DNA from: Podospora anserina
Lineage: Eukaryota
Length of the DNA stretch: 64,000 bases
Direction of reading: 5' to 3'
Assembly (NCBI GenBank): GCA_017654855.1
Contig: CM030336.1
Coordinates: 124,001-188,000, forward strand
Both the position numbers and the translations under genes were made by a program. This document shows positions 1 to 12,477 of this stretch, piece by piece; the first letter of the stretch is position 1, and every line of letters starts with the position of its first letter. Below the pieces are notes generated by a model. It was not told where the DNA came from. It saw only the letters and a list, made by a program, of their open reading frames with translations, and did no database searches.

Positions 1-1244
1 TTCAAGCCAGCCTCGGTTCGTTTGACTGATGGCAACGGATGGGCGTGGTGCGATTCAAGGTCCAACATCCCCCGCGTTGCGACGGTTGACGATTGCCAGC
101 GCTGCTTGCTCTCAGTCGGGTGACATGGACCAGGGTTAGGGTCATACCCCAGTTCTGCCCCTTGCTATACCCCGCTTCCCCGCATTCCGCCTGGAGCTGC
201 CAAGTCAGTCAGTCTCTCGGAGAGTCCACTCTGGATATTCTTACTCCAACGACTGTTCATCTTTTTTTTGATTGGAAGTGCTTTCATTGCCTGGGATCGC
301 CGACATGTCTTCACGCTTATAACAGCAAAAGGTCTCTACGATAACTTTCTCTCTGGTGATGAGCAAGGATTGGTGAGTCTACGCTCCGCTCCTGCAAGAC
401 ATCACTGACCGAGATGCAAGCAGACCGTCACCGTTGTATCCAACTTTACACCTCCGCCAAGAACTCATGATGCAACTCCCCATTGCAACCCACACGACTG
501 GAAAGACGGACACTTGCAGTTAACGTCTTTGGCCACTGCGATATCTTGCAAAAACACCATAGTGCTCACGAGCAGCCACAACTATCCATGTCTCTCAATC
601 GCAAGGCTGGCGATGGGAACCATACCTACCCACTGCCACTACCACTGCACCACAACAAGATGGCATAACCCGAACACGCCTCGATGATAACTCCTCGGGG
701 TAATCCACAGATCCAAGAACTACTCCTCCTTCTCGCCCGCCAGGGTCCATGTGAAGGGAAATGCCGGTCGCTGTGGTCTAGGCCAGTAACCCCCCTGAAT
801 GGCTGTGCCGCGGCAACATATTAAGCTCACTTCTGGGTGCAACCGTCGTGGCCACTCATAATCGAGACGGATGTTGATCGTTACAGCTTGTCTACAGAAC
901 CGCGGCCAATCATGGGGCAAGACTGCTTGGTGAAAGAACCAGCTGAAGACCCCCCGCCGTTGCGGTGCGGCATTGAACCCCGATGACACCCTTTTACCGG
1001 CAAGTATAGTACGTGCATTATCTGAGAACAGGGTGAGATGCTTATTTTCTGCCTGTCGCTCTTCTAGATGACCCGCAAGGAGATCTCTTTTCCTTTTCGA
1101 GAAGCCCGAAGCCTTGTCTGGAAGGCTCGTTATATAGCACTGACCCCATCACTCATGGCAAATCCGATCGTCGTCACCCTCGTGGTCCTCCCTGGCTAAC
1201 TGATTTGTCTGTCTACCTCGAATTGATTTGTTCACTCTATCACC

Positions 1245-2987
1245 ATGGTAGATGTCGATATTCACGAAAAGCCAAAGGAAAAGAGATCCATCCGCACATG
1301 GACCCCCTGGCTCGAAATCGTGGCGCTCTCAGCCATTCTTATTTGTATTATCTGCTCAGCCGTCGTTGTCACCGTCTCTCACGATCAAGAAGTCTCAACC
1401 TGGCGCATCAGCCCGGCTGTGTGGCTCGCCATCTTTTCGGCCATCTCTAATGTGGCTTTCAGCTCTGCTCTGGCCGCAGGCATTGCCGTACGTTTCTGGC
1501 TCCGTGCTTCGGGCGGCACTCAACTCTCCCAGCTTCATTACATCTGGGATCATGGCCGCGGTCTCGGCTTCTGGCCCGCCATCAAGTCCGGCTCCGAAGC
1601 TCGCAAAGTAACCCTCATCTGTACCATCGCATACCTCGTTCAGTTTGCTTCGGGCCCTCTGTTTCAGCGATCAACCCATACCTTGGCTCAGAACCGGGTT
1701 GTCCAGCAGAACATGTTCTTTGACATTGCCAACAGAATACCTGATGGATGGTCGGGAAACTGGCAGTCAGACAGGACAGTCATTCACAACAGGAGGGTCA
1801 TGTCGCAAACCCAAGCCTGGTACCGCAATGACTCCATCACTGTACCATCTACGGAAGGATATGTATGCGATGGCACTTGCTCCGGGTCGGTCCGCGGTGC
1901 GGGGTTTGTGTACACGTGTGCCCCTACCACTTACCAGCCCCTGGACTTGTCAACAAACGCCTCACACAAAGCCACCGTCTTCCACATCCGAGCCGAGCTA
2001 GTTGCTGACGAACGGTCCGAACCATTACTCACTCTCTTGACTAAACACATTGACAAGCTCGAGGGCAACTGCCAAGCCACTGTCAAAATCGATCGCTGCA
2101 ACATTACCGCCGCCGTGGTGGAACATCCCGTCATCATCCAAAATTCCACCGCGTGGTTTGATCACTCTGCTCTCAAGTTCAATCAATCACTGCCCATCAT
2201 TTCACCATACATTTCCGCCGGTGACTCCCTCACCACGCCGATCAACTCGGGAGTCGGTCCGCTCGCCGGCCTGCAAGCCTTTGTCTCTGGGCACATGTAC
2301 GATAATGCGACCACAACCTTCAATCCGACCCTCAAGAAATGGCTCTTTGCTGGACCGGGGCCGGGAACATTGGCCGACGTCTTCTTCAGGGCTGAGCCTT
2401 GGGATTTTGGGAACCACAGTCTCATCAGCTGTGGGCTGAGCTGGGACAGCCCGACAGAATATGTGCTTGCAAATCTGCACGAGTGGCAGTTTCGTGTGGC
2501 CGAGCGAGTGGGCAGGGGTACCGAGAGGCAGAGCTTTGAAGTCACCAAAACGGTTCCGGTCTTGGTGTTTTGGAGCGAGAAGCAGTATCTGGGCCCAGCG
2601 TTGGCGGTTGCAATACTGGGGTTGCTCTTTGTGGCGAGTCTCAGTTGGGGTTGGTGGAGGCTTGAGAAGCCGGTTACGCTCAGCCCTTTGGAGACGGGCA
2701 AGGTGTTCGGTGGTGGCATCTTCAGGGGTGTCAGGGGCGATGCCACTGTCAGCGAGATTTTGAGAGAGGTCAGGGATATTGAGGTAAGAGTTGACACCGA
2801 GAGTGGGGTTGGTGCAGACGATCGGATCACACGGGTAGAGGTCGAGATGCAAAGACCCAACAAGGTATACACCACGGGGTCTGGCTCCGGAATCTATTTG
2901 TCCGAAGGGATCGAAAGGGGTGAAGGATCTCAAGGCGGGTCAGTTGCAGGTAGCACACGAGTGCAGAGTCACTTGGGGCAGGCCTAA
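1245..2987 (+). CDS. Fungal membrane protein, DUF3176-like (580 aa)
   Basis: Intronless ORF with N-terminal TM helices (ISPAVWLAIFSAISN...AVRFW), a Cys-containing luminal region, and a C-terminal TM followed by WGWWRLEKPVTLSPLE. Confidence 0.7.
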   Translation: MVDVDIHEKPKEKRSIRTWTPWLEIVALSAILICIICSAVVVTVSHDQEVSTWRISPAVWLAIFSAISNVAFSSALAAGIAVRFWLRASGGTQLSQLHYIWDHGRGLGFWPAIKSGSEARKVTLICTIAYLVQFASGPLFQRSTHTLAQNRVVQQNMFFDIANRIPDGWSGNWQSDRTVIHNRRVMSQTQAWYRNDSITVPSTEGYVCDGTCSGSVRGAGFVYTCAPTTYQPLDLSTNASHKATVFHIRAELVADERSEPLLTLLTKHIDKLEGNCQATVKIDRCNITAAVVEHPVIIQNSTAWFDHSALKFNQSLPIISPYISAGDSLTTPINSGVGPLAGLQAFVSGHMYDNATTTFNPTLKKWLFAGPGPGTLADVFFRAEPWDFGNHSLISCGLSWDSPTEYVLANLHEWQFRVAERVGRGTERQSFEVTKTVPVLVFWSEKQYLGPALAVAILGLLFVASLSWGWWRLEKPVTLSPLETGKVFGGGIFRGVRGDATVSEILREVRDIEVRVDTESGVGADDRITRVEVEMQRPNKVYTTGSGSGIYLSEGIERGEGSQGGSVAGSTRVQSHLGQA

Positions 2988-3205
2988 TGGACGGTTTGCA
3001 ACAGTTTGTTTCTCTGGAGCTGAACCTGGATACCTTAGCTGTTCGCGTCGAGTTCTTGCACTACCCATGACTTCAATAGCCACGACTCAGCATCCGAGAT
3101 ATATACGTTCTCGCGATAGACACTATTAGGCACTATGTAAAGACTGTTCCTTCAGACACTCTCTCGCACGCGTTTCCACACCCTCCATATCAGATTTCAG
3201 TTCGT

Positions 3206-4314
3206 TCACATGCCAGGAAGCTTGTCAAGCCCTGTTACTCTTGTTAGTCTGAACTTTCTCTACAGAGCAAGCAATCAAGAGGGGAAAACTTACAGCCATC
3301 GATATTCTCCTTCACGGTCGTGGTCTGCAGCTTGCAGTTATTGGCCTGCGCCACGCTCTGCGACTTGATCCCGTTGCTCAACAGCGGCGTCGAGTCCATG
3401 GCTCTCTGCAGAGAATCGCCCTTCCAACCAAACAGATAATCGGCATGGGTCCCGTATCCCTTGCTATCGCCATAACTCCAGACAAAAGGCTGAGAGCCAT
3501 CTGTAGGCCAGAGGTCCTTGTTGTTGAAGGGGGTGGTGTCCCACATTGTCTCCAACGCCACCTGCGGCATCCGGACGGGATGGCTGGAGGGGCATGGGCC
3601 GGCGTTGGTGAAGGCACCCTTACCGGTGTTGTACATGTGGTCTTGGTGGTTAGGGCTGTCGAGATTCTTGCCGTCCCAGCAGGCGGGGAAGTGGTGAATG
3701 GCCATGATGCCGGCTGGGCAGGGCTCCTTGGGGAAATCGGCCGTTTCGGGGAAGCGGGTCATGACGTCCTTGAGGCAGGTGTAGCGGAGGCCGGGGTTGT
3801 TGCCGTTGGTGGCGGTGGGCGAGCCGACGGTCATGCGGAAGCCGGGCTTGAAGGCGGTGATCTTTTGCTTACCGTTGGAGTTGAAGTCTTGCTGGAGGTA
3901 GTAGACTGTCATGCCCCCTGTCAAGGAGCCGAGTAGGGCGTTGGGGTATTGTCCCACGCGCTTGTAGGAGCCGTTGCGGGCTTTGAAGTACATGACGGCG
4001 GTCCAGTAGTTGGTAAAGTCCTCGCTTGTAAATTGGGTTAGCCTGGTGTGAAGATGACGACATTCGATGAGAGGTAAGGATACCCACCTGAAGGAACAAG
4101 TGGTGCAAGTGGCCTTCTCGGCGATGTCAACCTTGGGGTCCATGGTTGCGTTAAAGGCGTTCCCGCCAATGATTTGGTGGACATGAGACGAGGGGACCTT
4201 TCCGGGCTCGACGATGGGATCAAGGCGCTGAACCGTCAAGGTTGCGCACCCGAAACGGAGGTACGCTTGGGCCGGGGCAGCAAACCCAAGTGCGGCGAGG
4301 GAGTTCCACTTCAT
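3206..4314 (-). CDS. Secreted DUF1996 domain protein
   Basis: Signal peptide MKWNSLAALGFAAPAQA; motifs RLDPIVEPG, HVHQIIGGNAF, FPACWDGKNLDSPNH, HADYLFGW; introns 4025-4087 and 3232-3293, giving C-terminus WLDKLPGM*. Confidence 0.9.
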
Positions 4315-5782
4315 GATGTTCTTTGTGATGACGATGATCCACGATGATCGTGGGAACAAGACAAGGCTACAAAACAGGTCGAGTCCAGGTCTAAATACCT
4401 GACGGGTCTTTTTATTCTGCTATTCTTGTCATTCAACCTTCGGTCAGAGCGGCAGCCGGCCTACAGGATGCATTCCCAGCGTGGTTGCCGCCACCGCGTT
4501 GATAGCTCCCCTTTATCCAGACATCATCCACGTCGGCATGACCTGCTTGGGCCTTCGTCCCAGCTCTATATCCCCGCATTCTTGAGTGTTTCCTTCGTCC
4601 AATAACCATACTTCTCCCTCCCCTCAATCAAATGTTTCTACCTCTCAAAGATCTTTTACTGGCTGTTGAACAATCACTAGGTAAACAGAGGACACATCCA
4701 TTCTGCCACATGCGGCAACTTTGATACCGATTGGTTGCCGCCAGGATGTCATACAAGGCCTGATCAAACTGTAAGTAGGAAGACAATCTCTAGCAAGTAC
4801 TCGGGTTGGTGGCCTTTCATTTAAGCTTCGTCTAAATCCCTGTGCACTACTCGGCTCTCCTTCCGAACCCGAGGACAGACCAGGAAACAACAGGCTGTCA
4901 CGGCAGTTAAGCAATTGGATGGGCTTGTGTGCTGCATATCAAGCTCTCTCGCTTCTTGCTCGGCAAACCTCGTTGACACCGGCAGATTGCTCTAGATTGA
5001 GTGGGGCATTCGGATGTGAGTTCCGCTGTCGGTAGAGGCAAGGGGAATGCCGGAGGTAGGTTGTTGAAAGGGGGGTGAGGGATCAACATTTACTGGGCAG
5101 GAAGATAGCTAGCTATAAGCAAGTGGGCAAGAGTTCAGTTTTCGAACAAGTTTCTATCCATAGATTGGGAAGCTGGCTGCCCGAGCCTTCCTCCAGTGAT
5201 AAGCGCATTTAACCGAGGTACTGTTCTTGAGTGATTCAAACAGTTGCGGGTACGCTGTACTCGACCCTACCTACCTACCTTGCGTATCTAACTTATTGAG
5301 GCTCCGCTGTTTCGAGTGCTGAGAAAACAGGGGGTTAAATACCTGGTACCCCCGAGTTTCAGTAGGTATGTATATTTCCATCTCTATTCATTTACAAATT
5401 GAAAGTAGCTGTGTAAGCCCTATCGACAGATCTCCCTCACTCAAACGCCAATAAAGCCATGATCCCCTTACCCCCGCCCGTAAAGTCAAGTTGGCTGCTT
5501 GTTATATGTATCGTTATTCATTGCTGAACATCTCTGTGTTGTTTACTCTGACCTCTTCGGGCGTGAGCCCTTCCAAGTGTTGTCTTTTCTGCGTCCATTT
5601 TCCTCCATACTCTTGCTGTTCCATTTTGCTGACGCTATCGAGTGTCGTTTTGGTACCTAGGCAGTAAACCTGTTGACATCATCCCGGTGTCTATTTAAGC
5701 CCTGATCTCACCCGCTCGTGATCTCATTCGGGATTTGTGCATTCTGGTACCGAATCGGACTTGACGGTGAAGCTGTGAGACG

Positions 5783-6988
5783 CTAGGCATCTTGCGACGG
5801 GCGATATTCCGGCGCAGAAGCCTCGCCTTCCTCGAGCGTGTAGATGATCCACCGTTTTCCAAGCTGTGTAGACGGGATGGCAAGAGTCAAGGCTGTTGAT
5901 GTCAGAGCTGGCACTATGATCTTTGGTGATGGCCTAGTAAAAGTAAACTTGGATGACATGGACCTGGGTACCTTTGGCTCCTTTGGCTTTAACTCCTTCA
6001 TGGTCAACTGTGGCTGTGAATGGGTGGATGGAATTGATTTTCGAGGTAGCAATGAGGGTGACTCTGGAGCATCTTGCTCATCATCGTCGTCTTCGTCCTC
6101 CTCGGCCGCAGTTGAGGCTTCGCCTGTCGGTATTGCAGAAGAGGATTCAGACCCCAGGTTTGATTTCTTGCCACTGCACGCCTTGACGTATCGATGTCTC
6201 TGAAGCAATGGCAAGTTTTCTTTAGTCAGTTTCGTTAATAGGTACAAGACAGCCAAAAGACATACCTTGAGGGCATCTTTGCGTGAAAAGCACTTGTCGC
6301 AGTGAGGACAAGGAAACGGTTTTGTGGCTGAGTGTATCCTTCTGTGTCGTTTGAGATCGTGGTTTCGGCTGAAACACTGAGTGCAAATATCACATTTGAA
6401 TGGTCGATCTTGCTGAGAGGACTCTCTTGACACCGGATAGACACTCCCTCCTACCCGCACGTTGAACTCATGATACGGCCCACCTGAACTGCCTATTGAT
6501 GGGAGTGACGGAGGCGGTTGACCAAATCCTTGGGGCATATACCCTTGATGCTGATGAGCTACCATTCCGGCGGGCGGAGCTAGAGGCCCACTATGCGCAG
6601 GATAATGGCTTGGATGTAGTGAGGGGGGATACTGGGAAGCGGGCGGAAGAAGACTGGTGATGGGAGGAAGCTGACCTCCGAATCGGGATGGAGAGGATGA
6701 TTGTGGCGGAGATCCGGGCAATGGCTTCCGTGCGTAATACTGTTCCTGGGATCCCGAGTCTTGGTGTTGTGAAGACAGCTTTGAATTCCACGCCGGTTGG
6801 AACCCGGGGCTGCTGGTAGCGGATAAAGAGTAGGCAGAGCTGGGGGAGTGTAGGTCGCTTGCCTGGGGGCTTCTATCGTCGGCCCCAGAAAGCGGAAAGC
6901 CGGATGACGGCGGGAGCGAGAAAGGGGGCAGTCCATCGCGGTACTGTTGTCTTCTATCATGAGATCTCGGTGATGATTGTTCCGCCAT
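5783..6988 (-). CDS. C2H2 zinc-finger transcription factor (RfeC-like finger signature)
   Basis: Pro/Ser-rich N-terminus; fingers CDICTQCFSRNHDLKRHRRIH and CPHCDKCFSRKDALK|RHRYVKAC; intron 6200-6265; 3' end uncertain. Confidence 0.85.
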   Translation of the reverse strand: MAEQSSPRSHDRRQQYRDGLPPFSLPPSSGFPLSGADDRSPQASDLHSPSSAYSLSATSSPGFQPAWNSKLSSQHQDSGSQEQYYARKPLPGSPPQSSSPSRFGGQLPPITSLLPPASQYPPSLHPSHYPAHSGPLAPPAGMVAHQHQGYMPQGFGQPPPSLPSIGSSGGPYHEFNVRVGGSVYPVSRESSQQDRPFKCDICTQCFSRNHDLKRHRRIHSATKPFPCPHCDKCFSRKDALKVCLLAVLYLLTKLTKENLPLLQRHRYVKACSGKKSNLGSESSSAIPTGEASTAAEEDEDDDDEQDAPESPSLLPRKSIPSTHSQPQLTMKELKPKEPKVPRSMSSKFTFTRPSPKIIVPALTSTALTLAIPSTQLGKRWIIYTLEEGEASAPEYRPSQDA

Positions 6989-8100
6989 TTCTTCAGCAAT
7001 TCCCTACATAACACAGGAAAGTGAGATGTTCTGGGAAAGACAGGGAGTGTCCAGTGTGACCGGGCCCGTTAGTCCTGGTCCGCATCTCAGCTGAACAGAC
7101 CCCCGTCCCTTGAACAGGTGTGGCTGCGCCGTAATAGGCATCGCGCAAAACGCGCTTCCTTGGCGACAGCCTCTCAGAAGCTAGCACCGGTCATTTATTG
7201 CATGCCGAGCCCTGGTATTTCTTCTTTTTTACCTCATCCCGCACGGGAAGCCTAAGTCAGATGTGGTGCGACATTGTTGGACCCGTGGAAGCCACTGACA
7301 GAAGACTGAACACCGCAGACCATGGCGCGGAGTTCCAGTGGTACCCTTGGCAGAACGCCTCTTTTCTAAATCAGCATCATATACCTGACGTCTTGTTGAG
7401 ATCCCCCCCTTGGCAGTCAGTCGTCTCTCATGCTTTCTGTGAGATGTCAGTATCTGAGCTACCGATTCGGTCTCTGCCACGCCACCAAGGGGTCCCTTCC
7501 GATGGCTGGTACGTCGCTCACCTATCGAAGCTAAGAAGCACCCGGTGATGTACATGCATGGCGTGACGCCACCGAGCCACGAAGACACCGAGTTAACTGA
7601 AAGACGGACGAAAAACTCCAGGAAGTGTCTTTCACGGCGCGGCGCCGGCCAGAACAATCCAGATGTTTCAAGTGCTGCGCCTCAGGTAGACTTTGGGGAC
7701 CAATTATTGTGGATAGACCGGTGTTAGACGCGCGCCGTGTGGTCACACAAGCTGTCTGGGCGCTGAACATACATGTAAGCTATTTAGGTAAGGTGCGGAA
7801 CGACACCGCCTGACATTGGGACCTCGCATACTGGCAAAAGAGGAAGAAGATCATCATTATGAGGCTCTGCCGACCTCTTTGGTCACGAGCAGCCAACTCG
7901 GGTTACTTTTGAAAGGATTGCAACATTCCGCTTCATCCAATAACAAACGTTGGCGGGTTGGGCAATGTTCTTGCACACGGCTAGAGCAATCCAGGGGTTC
8001 AGGGGGCCGGAATTGCATCAGACTTCCCACCATTGCTTCATGTTTTATAAAGCTAGCCGCCGTCGCTGCAGTCAACAAATCGGAGACCATATCGATTTAA

Positions 8101-8192
8101 TCGGGTATGGTGTAGCGGTAACATCGTTGACTCTCACTTCTCAGAAGTGTCTGTTCTCTCAACAGCCCCGGGTTCGACTCCCGGTATCCGAG
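8101..8192 (+). tRNA. tRNA-Glu(CTC) with 21-nt intron (8137-8157)
   Basis: Acceptor stem TCGGGTA/TATCCGA; D arm TGGTGTAGCGGTAACATC; anticodon arm GTTGA-CT-CTC-A[intron]C-TCAAC; T arm CCGGG-TTCGACT-CCCGG. Confidence 0.93.
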
Positions 8193-8196
8193 TCTC

Positions 8197-8202
8197 TTTT
8201 TT
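8197..8202 (+). terminator. RNA polymerase III oligo-T terminator of the tRNA gene
   Basis: TTTTTT four bases after the discriminator base. Confidence 0.75.
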
Positions 8203-8371
8203 CCCACACTTTCTCACTTGCACAGACACATCATCTTGATACACGTGCGGTTTTGTTTTTTTTTGGAAGACTACCTCGCTATTTTTATGCTTTCTTGCTC
8301 AATCAAACCTATAACGCCCCCTCCCACAACTCCATTATTCAAACCCATCGACGCCATTGTATGTGGCGAAA

Positions 8372-11028
8372 TTATGGCAGGCTCAGGAACAGCTTCAATA
8401 ATTTGGGATAGATGGGCGTACTGTTACATGTTACTGTTAGCAGAGCTCTGACGAAAACCAAGACTGTTTATTGAAGGTTACCCAAGTCCAGTGACTGGAT
8501 CCCAACCCTCTTTCACCGGGAAGCCGTTGCTCCCACATCCTGGGTTTGATCCAGAAGTGATGTCAGTGAACACTTCGGGATGATCATACTGCCTCGCAGT
8601 TAGCATTATCTCTTCATCGCCCCCTTCGAGATACTGACCAAAACTTGGTGGATAAACCCGACTGGCCGCTTGCCTCGGACTAATCTCTCCTCGTTGATCA
8701 GAGTAAGGATAGAAGCCCAAACCGGTACCGCCACCGAGGTACCACTCATGCTATCAGCATATCCTCTGAGAACAACCCTGTAATTGTCTCCAATGGCCGA
8801 AACATCAGGATAACCTCTGCCGCCTTTGTTGAACCTCTTGCCCCTCTCTTTTCCCAGCACACTGCCCAGCAAACTTGGCTCCCATCCCCACTGCGTGGAG
8901 GCTGCTGTAGCCGTTAGGTTGTATCCCAGCTCTGTGACGTTGGCCCGCTTCAAATACGCAGCCACGTGCTTCTCCTGCCATGGCGGCCTCATGAAGACAT
9001 TTGAAAATCCCCCTCCAGAAGCAAATCTCTCTGTGGCTGTCTCGATGAACTTGCCCTTATTCTTGGGGTCGGCCTTGACCAGTGTAGCACCCACGCTCAA
9101 AACATAGGGACAGTTTCCCATGATTCTTGGAGAGAACACCTCTCTATTCGGGCCTAAACAGCCAGCCTGAGGGTCCCCCCTCCTTCCACCGACGCCATAG
9201 TCGCCAGAGGACTCTACCACAGTGACCCCCTGCAGTGAAAGCTTCAATATCTCCATGCACTGCCTGCGGGTGTAGGACTCTGGCCAGGCGTGCTCGAAGC
9301 CCGAATAGGAGATAGATATGACGTTTGTTGGGCGGTAAGTGCCGCACATCAAGTCGCCTTGGTAACCGTATCTGTCGTTGTTCGGGTTCGGGTACTCGGG
9401 ATCGCGGCAGGAGTCGTCAGCACAATTTCCTGTCTGATTGAAGGCGGCCATAGTGCAAAAGGAGCCATCGATGGCGTCAAAGAAGGCTTTTGTCTCGTCA
9501 GTATTTTGATCAACGCACGTTAGCAATGAAGCCACTTACTATTGAAGAAGCCAGGGTATCTTGTATCAGCACGAGTCTGGTCTTGCTGGTACCATTCGTC
9601 GTCTGTTTGGAACAGAACAGTCTTTTGAGGCCATACCAACGGAATAGCCACTTGGAAATCAAGATTGGCCTCTTCTCCTGCTAGCTGGGGATCCTCAATC
9701 GGGCCCTCGGCGCCGTTGATCGACTTGAGTTCGGGATGAGTTCCTTTCGGGATCCATGGAGCGACATATTTCCAATAGGTATCCATGTCTTGTTGATTGT
9801 AGTGTTGAGCGAGACCTTGAAAGATACCCAACTCGTTGCCTTTAGTCGCTTTCGTTCCAGCTGGGATTTGATACTGGTCTATCACCCATTAGCTGCTTAC
9901 ATCTCTCAGTCAAACATTTTGAACCTACTTCGGATACATTGAGGCGTGATGTCCACATCACAGCCCTCTGTTACCTCGAACTCATCTTCATTCTGGTCCG
10001 GCTGGATATTTCCGGCTGGTTTGGTGGCAGTAGGAGTAGACACGCTGGTGGTGCTTGTCGCCCCTGATCCTCCCTGTCCCTTTCCCTTGCCTCTGTCTTT
10101 GTCTTTATCCTTATCTTTGCCCCCCTTCTTTCGTCCTTTGCGGTCACCCGGGCGTCTTCCCTTCTCGTACCAACTATCGTACCAGACCGACCCTCTCCGT
10201 CCCACCATCCTCTTGACAATCTTCTCATCATATCCACCAGCCATCAATTTGATGCCGGGAGTTATGTAATCAATGTGATGCGAAATGTTGTGAGGAACAT
10301 GATATCTGTGAAGCATTTCGTCAGCAAGATGATCTGACATGGAAGGACTGCGTTGGAAAACAAGCGCTCACTCTGAACAGGCAATGTTTGTTACCCCAGA
10401 TTCAGGGTGTTCATAAACATGAAACCGAGCAAAAAGCAGTTTCTCGACCTCCTGAACCGGCGCGTCGAACTGAATCCACTATTTCGCACCCGTCAGTACG
10501 TTAATGCCCTCAACTTCCCAATCACTCGACCTGTGTAAACTCACCTGCTTGTTCCCGGACAATCCTAGCCTTCTTTCTTCCACGCCCGAGGCCTTCAGCC
10601 ACTGCTTGACCTCGCCCACCGCCTGTGTTCCCGGCGCAAAGAAGTCGACCACCTCTCGAGCAGTCAAGTGCTTCCCGTAGTTCGGCGATTTCGGATCCGA
10701 TCTACTCCGTTTTCACGTCAGCCTTTTCCCCAAATAAAAGAAAGAAAAACAGAAAAGTCACACACATGTCCATTAGCAACTTGTGCGCCCGCTCCTCCTT
10801 TTCCCGCCCCTGTTTCAAGCCAATTCTCACAGGCAACGTCACCCCATCCTTGACCAGATCCCTCTTCACCCAGCCCTGGAGTTGCCCGTCATGCTGCCGT
10901 TCGTGAAGATCATGCGACCTCGGCACGATCAGAGGCTTCCCTGACCTCGCTGTCGTTGGGCCGCCCTCCACCAAAAAGGCCAGCCCCTGGACACTGGCGA
11001 CAGTAAGAAGAACTGATCGAAGAAGCAT
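8372..11028 (-). CDS. Secreted sedolisin / tripeptidyl-peptidase-like S53 serine protease
   Basis: Signal peptide and prodomain (SDPKSPNYGKHLT); catalytic EEANLD, SSGDYG, RGYPDVSA, SGTSVAVP, GWDPVTGLG|TP; introns 10702-10765, 10479-10544, 10306-10371, 9879-9928, 9487-9539, 8589-8638, 8421-8481 all splice in frame. Confidence 0.93.
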
Positions 11029-12477
11029 GCTGAATGGGCTTTTCCGCCGGAGTGTCGAGGAATCAACGGAAAAAAAGAACACGGGCAACAAAGGGAATAA
11101 GGAAAGCAACAGAATCGACGGAGGGAAGGGGAGACCCAGAGCGCGTCGACTGGCCGAGGTAGCTTGACGGCACCGTTGATGACCGACGGGAGCTCATACT
11201 TATATTGATTCCCTAAATAGAACAGAGCCATCCTACAGTTTAATATCCCCGATGTGGGCCTGGCCGAGGCCCTTTCCCCAATTCCAGGTTGCCTTCCCCT
11301 TGGAAAGTCACCAGCAGTTACATCCGATCCCCAGTTCCAGAAATGTCGTTGCATACCTAATCGTCCTCCCATTGGAACGCAATGCACCTCTGCTGATATT
11401 GGACCTGACAAGGACAAGGCAATGCCACTGCGGAGGGCACGTGGCGAGTTACACAATCAATTTTCCCAGTTGCGTCCAGGTCCCTAAAGAAGCAATAACC
11501 TCACCAAGGTCTAGAAAAGCCACTACTATATAAAGACACTATTTTAAGCAATGCCTTTCGATTGTTTTTTATCCCCGAGGACGGGCAATCTATTCTGCCG
11601 GGTCTTGCATCGGCAGCCCGCTTAGGTTCTCTGCATCCGAACCACTCAGATTGCTCAATGCCCGCCCCTCCCCCCTTTTCTCCCCCTGAGCCTGGACTAT
11701 GGCGTCCTACCTAACCACCTAGGCAGGACACCACCAGCTATCATGACAAACAAATAAATGGAAACGTGGCAATTGAAAGCCAAAGGTTCTTGTTCAATCA
11801 GAACATTTCCCTGCCGATAGAGATCAATCCGGCAAGAGTGTGGATCGCAAGTGGCAACACCGGATAAATGCCCCCAACGCAAGACATCATCATCTCTTTA
11901 ACACCCGCCGGTACCAAACCTCACAAAATAAATTGCTCGGAGCCTCGGAGGCGTACCGAAAACTCGACAGAACCACGCTTCGGCTCGAGCGTTGAACCGC
12001 CACAAGTGCCACGTTGGTACCCGGACTTGTTGGCTGACCCAGCGTGACGATATCAACCTGAATCTATCGCACGCTACCTTGCCAAGACACTTTCCCGTTA
12101 GACAACTAGCGGTACCCGAACCCGATGATAAGTATCTCTGATGCTTCGGGTTTTTTTGGGCTCGTCCGTGTTGCAAGACACACGACTGCGAGACCTGAGG
12201 AAACGATAATGCCTTTTGATCAAATTTTTCTTCTTCATTCAGCTCCTGCCGAGATATGAATCCCAGCAGCAGACTCACGGCTAAGATTATCCTATCCCAA
12301 AGCGTGGCCTGATCATATTACCGCTCCTTTCTCTTCCCCTAATCCTCCGTCGCAATTCCATCTGGCCACCCATAGATAGTGATGACATTCGTTCCCATTA
12401 ATGATGTCAAGGGGAAAAAAAGAAAAGGAAAAAGAACCCAAAAAAAAAAAAAAACAACCCCTTCAGAGCCAGCTCCC

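Noticed and set aside
181-690. Intron-like GTGAGT...CTGAC...CAG (373-423) joining two open stretches
   Set aside because: No upstream in-frame ATG (stop at 121) and no recognisable protein; possibly UTR or noise.
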